DNA of 63,971 nucleotides, the filler included, from Basidiobolus ranarum (Eukaryota): the NCBI GenBank assembly GCA_040143965.1. It is 3 parts of 3 records of this genome, joined end to end, with 100 filler letters (N's around TTAATTAATTAA, not from the genome) between each part and the next. Parts side by side here need not be neighbours in the genome. Positions count along the whole stretch, not along the records: positions 46,511 to 63,971 come from JASJQH010007179.1; 2 more parts are not named here. One strand, 5' to 3'. The position numbers and the translations under genes are program-made. Of this stretch, positions 50,801-63,491 are shown in pieces (position 1 is the stretch's first letter; the number at the start of each line of letters is the position of its first letter). Below the pieces are notes generated by a model that had not been told where the DNA came from, ran no database searches, and saw only the letters and a list, made by a program, of their open reading frames with translations.

Positions 50801-52231
50801 TAGCACGGATTTGATACTTGCATTCAACATCGATTGAACTACATATCGAAATTTGATTTACTGCTACCAACAAAGACCTCGCTTTTTGGATATTTTCAAT
50901 GTCTAATACACAATATCATTTAAAGTCTTGACATGGGCTACAAGAGCGACTTCTTGATTTTGACTCTGAGCACCGTAGCCTCGAACTCTCCAACATCATA
51001 GCTAGTAGTCCAAGATACTAAGGCATTACCACCCTCAACTATGATTGCTTTTTGTTAACAAAACCAAATTCAGAGAGAAGACTAATGTCGAAGAGTTAGT
51101 ACTGGCTTCTTTACCAGTTTTAGAGGCAGTAATATTTCTTTTATGCACCTTTTATTCGAGCCTGTTAGTAGTTCTACTCGCTTTTTAATCTTTCTTCATA
51201 TCATCGTGGCTGGTGGAAAAAGTGAGGAAATCTGTTTCAATTTTACTCGAGTAATCATAGCTGATCATCGGGTATTACTACTAGATCTTCTCACTTGATC
51301 CATGTCCCAGTCCATCTAATCGTCGCCTAGGGCTGTCATAGGAGAGGATGTGCATTCAGCAGTGTTGCCCCAGTGACAGCACCATTGACCGACTGAGATG
51401 TCGAATTCTGACTGAAAAATACAACTACGAACGTGTCTTCACTTCTAAATGCTAGAGTAGAATTATGTTGCAGAAGAAACTTCTCATCGGGGCTACTTGT
51501 AGGGATAATATTCCCTTGGAAGCGTACATACCATTTAGGTTTGCGTTTTCTTTATGGAGGCGGTAAGAGAATACCTATAGGATGGCAATTGAGCCCACGG
51601 TACTTGATGTAGATGACCTTTTCTAAGCTTAACTGCTTGTACTAAAATCGACTTCAAGCAATGTGTTAGCTGTTATCTGTCTTGCTATTTGCTCGTGAAC
51701 TTTCCAGAGGATTCAGAAATAAGGCTGAAAAGAGTGTTGAGATCGGAACAATAATATCCTTCGAATTTTCTGTGTATAACTAGTACTTTATGCGACATAT
51801 ATATTACTGTGATTGATATGATCCACATTGACAGCTAACATAATGATCCAACATTCAAACTATCAACTGTAAATCATTCCCGAAGGTGTAAAGATCAGCC
51901 GCAGTTGATACAAAATGGATACACTGATTAGCTCTACTCTGAGCCGTCTGAAATGGTGAGGATTATAAATTGTGGTCAATATGTAGCGGTTTGTATTATA
52001 GGTGTTTGAGATAAAAATGAATTCAGCCCGGTTGAAAGAATTTGTATATGCTGATGGTGCAAACATAATATCCGACCATGTTACAAATTGCCACTAATTT
52101 CGAGAGTCATCGGTAGTAACCAAGTTTTATTACAAATAAGGCATATCAGTCGTAATCTCTCAAAATTACGAGCATTATAATAGTAGTACTTCGCCCAACT
52201 TTTTATCTGTAGTGAAATACAAGCAGAAGTA

Positions 52232-54215
52232 ATGGCACGTTTTCCATCTCCCAAAGAAGTTGAGAAGGCTATAAGCATAGCTTCTTCGAAGAGACAAAAA
52301 GCTATTCGAGATTACGAACTTCTCTCCATTTGCAGGGAGCTCCTTGAGGATGAGGACATGTCACTCCAAGAGCTCACTTTTCATATTCGGCAAATTAATA
52401 AGAGTCTCATACCAGAAAAGGGTTTGGCATCATACTTGCGCCGTCCCGAAGTGAGCCCTTACTTTATACTTCAATATAACCCCTTCATGTCCCAATGGTG
52501 GGTTTATTTAGTCAACGATTCAATCGATATTGGTTCGTTGTACCCAGACCCTATTGTCGAGAGTGATTGTAAGTGAAAGGTTATTTCGACCACTGTTTCC
52601 ATATTCTCTAATGCCCATCTGTTAACTAAATACCTAACATACCCAGTCGACTATCGTATCGGCCGGGACTATGACAATGGCTTTGAAACCAAGATTCCCA
52701 ACCCCAGACGTTACTGGACACTCTCTACGTATCTTATCAGATATTTCCAGGTATTTTACTGCATAGCTTTACCTTTTTAAAGACTGTTTCGTTGTAAATT
52801 TACATATTCCTCGGTGGTCTCTTCACTCGACGCCCATCTTTCAAATAGAGATCAATCCCCTCGTCAGAACAAGTTTCCCGTGTAACTAATGCCGCTAGAA
52901 GCATAATGAGAAATACGGTGGATGCCGTTTGGAACAGATATCGTATGGATTTTGTTGTATTTGGGTAAGCAGAGCATACAACGAAGTTGTGGCAATTTTA
53001 TTCGAATAATAACTCCAGATGGGCTGACCAACCGTTGGCCATGTAATATTTAATCTCATTTTGAGAGTTTAGATCAACTCTGACCAATCTAGCACTTTAT
53101 ACAAGCGATATCGACATCAGCATTAATACTGGGCTCAACTCTCGAGATAAGCAACTAGCTACGCTCAAGCTTCTTAAAAACGTGATTATGAAAAGTAATT
53201 CCATCATAGTCCTTGAATACCTTGTTTGTATACAATTGAACATCTTTTGTTGATTAGCTCGTCAGCCGACGAAATGCGTCATATATTCAAGAGCGAAAGT
53301 ACCTGTCTTAAAATACTTTGAGCCCAAAATGTTAGTTTAACCCAACTTGGCGGTATTTTAGTAGAAAATTAATGAACTATTGTGATTTGTAGATCTCGCC
53401 AGATAGATATTAGTATCAACAATATGCAGGCCCTGCGAAAGACACAGTTTCTTCAAATCTATGGGACTTTGGATTACCGTGTCAGGCCTCTCCTCCTACT
53501 CATTAAACTATGGGCAGCGAGAAGAGAAATTAATGATGCGACTTCCGGAACGCTCAATTCATTTTGCTATACAATGATGATGATTACATTTCTGCATATT
53601 CGTGGTGTCATTCCATGTTTACAGGCCATTTGTTGCTTAGGTGTAGATGAAGAAGAGGATCTTGCTGATCGTTTGCAACGAATGAATATATGTTCGTTTA
53701 ATCCAGAATGTGACCCAAGTGAATGTCTGAATTGCGGAAAACCATTACCCGAAATTCTCATTGAGGGCCAAAACTACTATTTTTACAAAGATTTCAAAAG
53801 GTTACCACAATCCAGAAATGATCAGTCAATCGGAGAATTGTTCGCCGGATTTTTCGAGTATTTCGCGTTCCAATTCAGTTACGAGTCACAGTTGCTTGAT
53901 ACAGCACGCGGGAGAATAGTTTATCGCTGCTGCAAATGCATGCAATATGATGAAAATGCCAAAACACCATTATCAAATTTACTCGTGGTACTGGACCCGT
54001 TCCAACATTCTCGAAATATTGCAGGTTCGGCTCGTCCGTGGGCAGTAAAAGGTATCAGATGGGAGTTTGCGAGAGCTTGGCGTTTACTTCAAAGATGTAA
54101 TGTAAATGGATTGTTTACTCCCTATACACCTCTTTCACTAGTCGATATCAGAAACATTTATCATACGGCACCAAGTGGAAGCATCAGTAGTTGCCCCCGT
54201 TGCACTTTGGTATAG
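52232..54215 (+). CDS. Non-canonical terminal ribonucleotidyltransferase (Cid1/GLD2/CutA family), about 6 exons
   Basis: Spliced FVVFG|STLTNLALYTSDIDISI (GS...DxD), RAKVPVLK, third Asp in IDISINN, IKLWAARREINDATSGTLNSFCYTMM, SIGELFAGFFEYFA and nucleotide-recognition motif VLDPFQHSRNIA. Confidence 0.88.
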
Positions 54216-54804
54216 GAAATATTATCCAACAGTTTAATTCGGCATGTGTATTTGTATGATACAAATCACATTAAGTTACGCCCTAGAGAGAAATGAATGG
54301 ACTCGAGTAAAACATGATTATGTAACTCGTATACATGCAACCAAAATCATTAAAATTGCAATTCGGAGTAAATACCCTATGTCCATTATAACAAACAGCC
54401 AGTTCATATATATATACAGTGAAAACCATACTTGTTTGTTGTCACTTTTGCAATCTTTGCCATAACTCTGAATGGCTAGAGTCGCAGCTCAAACTATTAC
54501 TCTTCATTCAGTCATATAATGCGCAACATTTCTTTTACTGTTGGGTCTCTACATCATTCACTCTCTGTTAGTACATCAGTTTCTGAAGTGTGGTTATTCC
54601 TTGATAATATATACATGTGCAACCCAGAAGGTAGTTGCTACGGGGTATAAGTTTGAGCATAGCCAAGATACTATTGTACAAATAATGGCACTTGACACAC
54701 CAGTGAGTAATGGATAAGTAATTTTCACAGTGAGCACTACCCAAAATTCCCTATAATGCAGTGATATGAGTAAAAGTGATAGATGGCAATCTTGATGACA
54801 GTAT

Positions 54805-55123
54805 TGTTAAAGTATTTGGGAGTCTGTTGGAAGTGGTTTGGAGAAATAGAGAAGTTGGTGGTTTTCACTTACTGATTTGTTGAAGATTTAAACAAACTAA
54901 CGTGTAGAATGTGTTTGGGAAGATCCCAGGAACATGTGTGCAAAGTTTGGGGCTTCTAGCACAAGTTATCAAAATCTATATATCTGAGAACTTCTAAGTT
55001 GGTGTCAATATTCCAAGTAAATTCCTCGTGAGAATAATGGGTAATATCTTAGTTCAATATAAGATAACTAAATACTAAGCTATATATGACTATACAGGTG
55101 CTTAGGCAATGCTAATTTCAACA
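54805..55123 (-). mobile_element. Solo LTR (family B) with imperfect 5-bp target-site duplication
   Basis: TG...CA ends (minus strand TGTTGAAATTAGC...TACTTTAACA). Reverse complement of the 58554 element with an internal deletion. Flanks are AGTAT and AATAT (4/5 match). Confidence 0.85.
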
Positions 55124-56862
55124 AATATATGAGGCACATCCATTTTTCTTATAAGACACACATACTCAATCAATGCTTACTTGAGTCAAATTATTCTTCT
55201 ACGTTAGTTCTAACAGTCTACCACTCTCTGTATACTGGCTATTGTAGATACCCATATAGGTGCCATACTCACCTCTGAATCCAATCAGTCATATAGGGCG
55301 ATGAGAACTATCCCTCTGCTTGTCCTATATACTTTCGGCAATCATTACGGTATAGAATCCGATTGAGTTTTTGAATATGGTGGACAATCAGCGTATAGAA
55401 TTCTTGGTGAATCAGAAGTAAATGGTCATAATAAATGTAGCTTCAAAATGCGACAGCGACTTCATGCACATGTGATGGATAATATTGCAGTAGCCGAGGT
55501 AGCCCTTTCTAGGATCATACAAGGTTGTGGACTCAAACTTCTTAGCCTAGACCAGCAATATAAATGAGGCAAGGTCTCACCAAAAAAATATAGAAAACCA
55601 TGGTAGAATATATGAGCCTATCAGAAGTATTCACTGTGTCCTCAAACTTCCAATGCCTCATAATCCACTAACTGGGCTCATTGGTTACACGAGACATAAC
55701 ATATGAAGTGCCACATATTATCAAATAAAACCAATACAAATCACAAGTTACTCTGATAACGATACATCTTCTACTAAGCCACTATAGTTAATATCTATAC
55801 AGCATAATATTCATTACTAAACAAAGAGCAAATTATTACCAGTGAGACATGCCGAAAGAAAATCGTGAATATAATTTACGACAGCATGCCGATCTTTGGA
55901 CTCTTTCTTCTATATTAGTCGAGTACGTTATTAAGAGGAGTAAAACTTGCATATTTATTCAGGTAAGCTGGATCCACCATTTAGGCTCAAGAGTAAGCAT
56001 GTCAGTTAATCTCGAAAATGCATCATATCCAATACATCAGTCACTCACGAGATGAAGTTAGCGATCAGGGCTCAAGTGATTTCATAAAACAAGCACCATA
56101 ATTAATGTCCACAGTATAAATATCATCCTTGTGTACACACATAAACTTCATGCGCTCACTATACTCTATTATATACACTGTAGCTCAAATCTTCCGAGTA
56201 GGAAGTAAATCACTATTTCTGCCATTTTTCTCGCTCTTTCTACAGGTACTGTGAATAGATCTGGCCTCTATAAATATTTTTTTTACCGATGATATGTTGA
56301 TAATGCCCGATAACTTGGAATTCTGAATGCAGAACTGATGCTATATGAGATTGATATTTAATAAATCCCATATCATGAGTGAATGCCATTCCTAACCTAC
56401 TATTATAACTCATTCTAAATACGATGGAGGCAGCTATTGACAGGTGGAGGGAGTAATGCACCTAGACCATTCATGCTGTTAACTTATGTAGGATCATCAA
56501 GTGACTACCAATACCTAACTTAGGCTAACGTTGAATACTATCACTCTTTGTGAAGGCAGTTGGCTGCATGTGAGATATCTCAAAATTGATTTACTGTATT
56601 CTAGCATGCACTACTTCAGATATTAAGAAATATGTTACTCAAACAATTCGAAAGCTTCTCCATAACTGAGTTGAATATATTCCATCCAAAATCCCGCTAT
56701 ATGCTCATTCAAATAAAATTGTAGAGTGTGTGAGAAGTTTTATTGAGACTCCATACTTATATTTTTTGGCTAATTCTAGTAATGTAAGAATTCCGTATGA
56801 AACAGACAGCGCTTGGACTTCAAATATCTGTATATTTATGATATCCATACATGATTGCTTAA

Positions 56863-57339
56863 CTAGGTGGATATGGTGAATGGCCCCGCAATCCCGAAAA
56901 GAGAAGGCATTTGCGGGTTGGATTTTGATGTAGTGGTAATACGAATGTAGTAAAGATTGGAGTTAATCCCTTTTTGCTTGATGTGGGGAACCTTCCAAGA
57001 GTAACTTTGAGTTTTGTTAGAGAGCTTATCAATAATCTTGGTATTTAAGGTGTTTTTGATCAAAGGTAGTCCATTCGCAAAGGAATACTCAAGGCTGTTA
57101 TACAAACGAAGATCGTAAGTAGTGATCACATCGCCGCTGGAGCCACACTGGCCTACTTTCCAGTTGAGCTTAGCTATTTGGCCGGCTTTCAAGCGAGCAC
57201 CTTCAGCAGGAGTGTTGAAGTCCAGACAGGAATAGTCACGCTTACCCCAAGCTGCACGCTTGTCAAACTTGGGGATTGCTTCTGTTGACCAGTAACAGCA
57301 GGTGGCAAGTATGAGGGAGTAGATGACACTAGATTTCAT
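56863..57339 (-). CDS. Small secreted protein with signal peptide, two Kex2-type KR sites and a probable Kre9/KNH-like Ig-type beta domain
   Basis: MKSSVIYSLILATCCYWSTEA signal, FDKR-AAWGKR, FNTPAEG..LKAGQIAKLNW, YSWKVP, YYIRI and GPFTI. TATA element upstream. The domain assignment is from pattern only. Confidence 0.75.
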   Translation of the reverse strand: MKSSVIYSLILATCCYWSTEAIPKFDKRAAWGKRDYSCLDFNTPAEGARLKAGQIAKLNWKVGQCGSSGDVITTYDLRLYNSLEYSFANGLPLIKNTLNTKIIDKLSNKTQSYSWKVPHIKQKGINSNLYYIRITTTSKSNPQMPSLFGIAGPFTIST

Positions 57340-58553
57340 TATTTCGAATTATAATGGAACGAAATATTTCGCTTACTGCTTATATAGAGAGATTCCAAAC
57401 TCTCTGGTTTTAGATAAAAATAGATTTTGATGCATTAGCCATATAAATCCTGTCTAATTCAACAAGTAAGGTTCGCGTTACTATTTGTGGTACTTGGTCT
57501 GCAATTTCACTTAACATTACTCAACACAAAGCATTATGATTTGCCCTTGAAGAACGCCCTAGATGACATAGCACTAAGACCTATAAATAATCAGACTGCA
57601 ACTCTCGCTAATAATTCATTCCTGCACTAGCGCTTGTATTTTGTAATACGAGGAGCTGGCGACACTCGTGTATTGTTTCTTTCCCTTGACCAATAGAATC
57701 CATTACACAATATACCAGACTATCTGAACCATTAAGCTCAATCACACTTGAACCTTGTTACCGAATCCATCAATAAAGGGTAAGCAAGTTAGCGAAGGAT
57801 GAGAAGAAAGGTCAATTAAAATATGTCCAGTTACTTCGGGAGGAATATTGGGAATACATCCCAAAGAATGATCCTCACTTTGCTTTAGAACATGCCATAA
57901 TCTCTCTAGCATCTTAAAGAAGCATAGGAGCTATAAGCAAGAGATATTGTTACGAAATATAGGAGACTTCTACAATAGGCGAGAATGAGTCTCGTGATTA
58001 AATACTCAGTAATTTGAGAAGATGAAACAATACGCAGACATTTGATCATGATTATAGTTACCAATGCGAGATATCAGTAGGCACGGTGGCATACTGAATT
58101 AGCAACAGGTGTGTGAGTTCAAGTATGAGTTCTGTCCTGAAAATTGAGGATTGTCTCAGATTATATGGCCCTTGATATGACTATGCTTATGGATGTATTG
58201 ACCCCAAATGGCTGAGTATTTCAACATCTAGGGGGATGAAAAGCACCAAGTGATGTGAACTTTGTTTAGTTAAAATACTAAGCTAAATAAAGTGACATTT
58301 AGGACAATAATTTCTTAACAAAATGTGATAGAATGGTACCATGCCATCCTTAATATACTTGGCAATATAAGAGACACCGAAGCTGTAAAGGTAGTGTTCA
58401 GTGGGAGAGGTGATAAGCGCATTGGCTGCATAATGGACTGTGCCACATAAACAAAGAGAGAAATCTGAAATAGTGTAAAATAAGAAGGGGGTCTCAGAAG
58501 CAAGGTATTGGTTCCAAAGAATACGCTGATAGTCTTGTGCTACTAGGTCATGC

Positions 58554-59140
58554 TGTTGAAATTAGCATAGCCTAAATACTTATATAGTCATATATAGCTC
58601 AGTATTTAGTTATTCCATATTTCACTAGGATATTACCCACTATTCTCAAGAGGAATTTACTTGGAATATTGACACCAACTTAGAATTTCTCAGATATATC
58701 GATTTTCAAACTTGTGCTAGAAGCCCCAAACTTTGCACACATGTTCCCGGGACCTTCCTTAACATATTCTACACGTTTGACCTTCTTTTATACATTCTAA
58801 ACATTTGTTTGTTTACCTCTTGACAAAACTATAAATGTCAACTTACAACTCAATAAATCAATAAGTGAAAACCACCAATTTCTCTAGTTCTCCAAGCCAC
58901 TTCCAACAGGCTCCCAAAATACTTTACAGACACCAACTTAGAAGTTCTCAGATATGTAGCTTTTCAAACTTGTCCTAGAAGCCCTAAAAGTTGCACATAT
59001 GTTCCTGGGACCTTCCTTGACATGTTTGTTTACTTCTTGACAAAACTATAAATGTCAACTCAATACATAAACAAGTGAAAAATCACCAATTCTTCAAGTT
59101 ATCAAAAGCACTTCTAACAAACTCCCCAAATACTTCAACA
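58554..59140 (+). mobile_element. Family B LTR (58554-58928) followed directly by a 5'-truncated second copy (58929-59140)
   Basis: TGTTGAAATTAGC...ACTTTACA, then gacaccaacttagaag...tacttcaACA. Contains TATAAA and AATAAA. Homologous to the copies at 22767, 46511 and 54805. Confidence 0.85.
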
Positions 59141-59824
59141 ACTACATCCTCTAGGCTCATAATCATTGGTGACCCCAAGGTGCTCTTCTTTGCTAAATAT
59201 ATCTTGATTTCTGAGGCCTCTGAAAGAGGTGGCTACATGGTCGAAGTTTGGAATGAACACTTCCAAAATGACATACCTTTTCTGAAATAAGGACTGCGAA
59301 GTACTCACTCTGTGGTATCTTGACTGGATGGTTCACTACTTCAATGCTTATCTCCTCCCTTTCTGCTTACTAATCCTTTCAGTGCTTCTGATATTACATT
59401 TATTATTAACTATTTGAGAGATAACCATCATAACCTATTCAAATTCTTGCTCAATCCATGCCAACTTTTCTTTATTGCTAGTACAGATAAAGATTACACC
59501 TCAGTGGTGCTTACCCACCCTACCCTGGTTAATTTATTTATGATCGCCTGCATTGCATTCTGTGTTACTTTAGTATTATATATTACCATAAGATGCACTG
59601 CTTTAAGCATAATACTAAATGCAGTCACCAAAAACCTAACTTCTCATCTCAACACAACATATAGAAATTGTTGTTTGCTTCGATCATTTCATATCTTCTA
59701 GTGCTTTTCAACGAACCCTGCTCCTTGGACTACCACTTCACTGTTTACGATAATTTATTGATATCCTTATCAAAACTAGATACTGAATGGGTGATGTCTT
59801 CGGAAGTAGCAACACTACCTGGGG

Positions 59825-60934
59825 TTAAACTTCAAATGTGATTTCAGGGAATCTACTGTCTGGCTGTTGCATGATAGGATCATCGGTATGATCAAATACA
59901 CGACCCAGAAAAGCAGAAATATAAGTGCGCTGTATTACCAATGATCTCAGTCCACCGATGGTTCCGATTCTGGACTCTCCTTCAGGATCTGTGATATTTA
60001 GTAAATCAGTCAGAACTGGTATATCGGAATAAGTAAGATGGCCAGAGTTGGCTAGCTTGAGATGTAATCGCCATGATCGCAAGTTAGGCCAAATCTTCGT
60101 CCAACTGGCGTCTTCGCTCCTGCTCTGTTGGCTCATTATGAGGAATGGTCGGTCTAAGCCTTGATCTACCACTGGGCCCCAGAACGAACCATCAAGATTG
60201 GCACCTGCTATAATGCGAGTATCATTTAACATTGCGGTCGCTGCAGTCGCACCACCCAACGAATGACCAAACATAGCAACCCGGCGAACATCCAGATTCT
60301 TGCGTAGAGCTGGTATTTGCTTTCTTATTTTTAAGGTATTCAGCTGATCTAATACGAAACTGACATCTTCAGAACGAACGTTTGCCGCTTGGGTAATTTG
60401 CTCATCAGTCCAGTCCTCTCCAAAAATCCCTGTAATTAGTTTTCCGTCGGGGAACTCCACAACATGCGCATCATAGGGATGGTCAATAGACACTACAAGG
60501 CGACCGCGGCTTGCGATGTCCGTCAATAGAGTTGTATGTAAATAGCGAGATGATCCTAAGCCAGGAGAAAACACAACAATTGGTGAGTTGGATTGAGCAA
60601 TGGGAGCACCTGGATGAGCGTGAGTTTGAAGGGCTTGCAATGTACTATTGGGTAACCCGAACAGCTTGTTCATATATTGACCAGTAAGTTCAGGCACGTA
60701 TGGTGAAACAGGGTAACTGTTAGCACACTTTGCAGGATAGAAAATTTGAATCATCAAAGCGCGCTTTTGTGCACCTGGGGCGTATGGGTCAATCCGCTTG
60801 TGGTCAGTCAACATTATATTGACAGTTCCAACTTTGAACTTTCCTGTCGCATCAGGTAAGGATACTTTGGAGGATACAAATGTAATGAAAGCCGTAAGCA
60901 AAGCTACCACGGTGAAAGATTTAATGTGCATCAT
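59825..60934 (-). CDS. Secreted alpha/beta hydrolase, PAF-acetylhydrolase-like (intronless)
   Basis: Signal peptide, VFSPGLG oxyanion region, VSIDHPYD, nucleophile GHSLGG, NLDG (Asp) and SGHLTYSD (His). Confidence 0.9.
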   Translation of the reverse strand: MMHIKSFTVVALLTAFITFVSSKVSLPDATGKFKVGTVNIMLTDHKRIDPYAPGAQKRALMIQIFYPAKCANSYPVSPYVPELTGQYMNKLFGLPNSTLQALQTHAHPGAPIAQSNSPIVVFSPGLGSSRYLHTTLLTDIASRGRLVVSIDHPYDAHVVEFPDGKLITGIFGEDWTDEQITQAANVRSEDVSFVLDQLNTLKIRKQIPALRKNLDVRRVAMFGHSLGGATAATAMLNDTRIIAGANLDGSFWGPVVDQGLDRPFLIMSQQSRSEDASWTKIWPNLRSWRLHLKLANSGHLTYSDIPVLTDLLNITDPEGESRIGTIGGLRSLVIQRTYISAFLGRVFDHTDDPIMQQPDSRFPEITFEV

Positions 60935-63491
60935 TGAATTGAAAGCTTATCACAGTCTCTATTCTTCATATATACCTGAGAGAAGACTTGCAGGCTGAAC
61001 TCAAAGTTGTACATTATCTTGGCAGTCACTCTTGATCAGCTAATCCAAACAAATGGAGTATTGTACTTATATTGTGTATTACAGTATACAGGAATAAAAT
61101 ATTCCCAGCGCTCTTCTGCAAATAAACAGGATTTTGATAGTCCAGTTGTATTATAAACAACTTCAATTACTACTTTTGATTGTATATTTCAAACTTCAGA
61201 TCAGCAGTAGAATCAACATAAGTGGAGTATGCGTAGTCGTTAGAGAGTGTACACGTTGCACAGTAGCCTAATATTTACATTACACCACAAACAGTAGCTG
61301 TGTATTCACAATATGACTAATCACCCAAGAATTGAAGTAGAATAAGCTAACCATGAATGTTTATTAATCTCTGCTAAGTACTTGTGTAACGGTGGTAAAG
61401 TATTAACAGATGAGCGGAAACCATATAGCATTGATCTACTCATAGCAATATTAGTCATTTCATTTTCCTTTGCATACGTCGGCTTTCCTTACATTTTCTC
61501 AAGAAGCGGGTTGGATTTTCTTTCGTAAAGTATTATAAGCCTGTTGTTTGAATGTAGCCCACTTAGCCAACTGTAACCGAATTACATTCATGATTAATGC
61601 TCATTGGATGTACGTTTGTAGAGTTGGGGTGAAACGTTGTATGGTAGCACCAACCGCAATTCTGACGGGAGTATCATAATAGACATGAGTTGGGTACAAT
61701 AATGCCTTTTTGATGTCGGCCAAGAGTTCAAGATGATACATATATTATGAATCATATTATGTTTCTTTACTTAATACTTCATGTCAATATCATCACGATG
61801 AATGTCTTAGAAATGTTGGGAAAGGATCAAATTTCCAAGCCTATCCAAAACCTCCAAACATTTTCCTCAGCCTTCCTAGTGTCTGCAATACTACCCTATT
61901 GTTCATATCTTCCCAACATATATATAAGTATCTCTTTTCTATTCAATCAATCAAGAAGCTCGAATCACATTTCTGATGGTCATAATTGCTGCCAATTCAT
62001 CTTAAACAATCACAACAGTGATAAATTATAGCCAGATAGAAGGATAGCAGCGTAGGACAAGACAGTGAGTATATAAAATATACACTTGGCCAAAACATTG
62101 GTATATTTTCTATACACCAAAATCGATTGTTGCACAACTAATACTGAACTACCCTAGGTATTTCAGGCTCCGCTTACAATGAAATGATTTTTTTCATCCC
62201 ATGCCATTTTGGCAGTAGAAAGTTGATATGACACAATTATTCCAGAGTCTATAATTCATATTTGTTAAACTTGAATTTAGTTTTGTTGCAACAATGTCTC
62301 AATAGTTGTATTATTTAGGAGCAACTTTTAGCTTCAGAAGTTGACCATGTTTTCAACTGTCCCAGGGCTCATAACCCATATAAGCTTTGGAGATGAAATA
62401 TGGGGTTTTCTTATGTTAATGCATGAATGGGAATAGGTTTATATACTTTGTGGAAATGAAGAAAAATGTTTAGATTGTGCTGCCAGGGTACTATTGACAT
62501 TGGGGGAAAAGTTTAGGATGGATCAGATTGCAAATAAAAACAATCCTTAGCTCACCTTTGACTTAGTATATATTTGGTAAATAACCATAGAATAGTCTAA
62601 ACATGATAAATAAATATTTAGGTGCTTAACTTCAGAATTTGAACAATACCCACCAATGCTAGCGAATTCTTCAAGTGCATTACCCCCAATCGCCATATTT
62701 GTATTCGTTAATCCTGCCTCCAGATGACAAAAGACCAGGTATTATTTCCAGCAGTCACTTTGATTGTAGTAATGGCGCATTTTTAGTTTACAAATGGAAA
62801 TCTATTAAATATTATGTTTGTGAATTCGCCTTAACGAATCCTCAGACATAGTTTGCTCCCGCTTATTGCCCTTAAACTCTAGACTTGACTCATTTATCAA
62901 CGGAGAGTAGATTTTAGTTTCCCACAGCTTGCCTACTCTCGCACATGATTCCAGTACATTTTTCCTCCATAATCTAGAGACATGTCCCAAAGCAGCCCTA
63001 CCAATCGCAGCAATTGTGACTTAGATTCCACCATGCCATGACGTTATGATCGTTAAGTGCCATCTTATACCTTCTACCAGATGTGTAACTGTTTGGAAGA
63101 TTCTCCTTAAACGATACAAAGCCACGTGTTCAATGGTAACAAACTTCACCGCACCTAGCCTATATGAATTACGCACTCAATCTACTAATACTCAAAAAAA
63201 CAAGGGCCTCTGGGACTTGGCCAATTTGCTGAAACGTCTATACCCTGGATGCTGATATTCAAATTGTGAGTATTCATTAAATACTCTATGCCAATATTGT
63301 CCCTGCCTAAATTCAATATATTGCTTTACAACTCTACACAACATTTCCAGTCAACTATATCTATATTCTATTCTTTAATCCCTTATCTCGTGTTACTTGC
63401 CTTACTTCTGAGCGCCACGCGTATTATCAGTGCAGCCTTGCGCGTCTCCTTACAACTCAATAACCTCTGACTCTACTTGGATCTCTCCTCA

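Noticed and set aside
58080..58138. tRNA-like A/B-box pattern (tggcatactga...gagttcaag)
   Set aside because: No convincing acceptor stem or anticodon arm could be folded.
59075..59290. 71-aa ORF beginning inside the LTR
   Set aside because: It overlaps the LTR end, has a non-ATG start and shows no gag or pol motifs.
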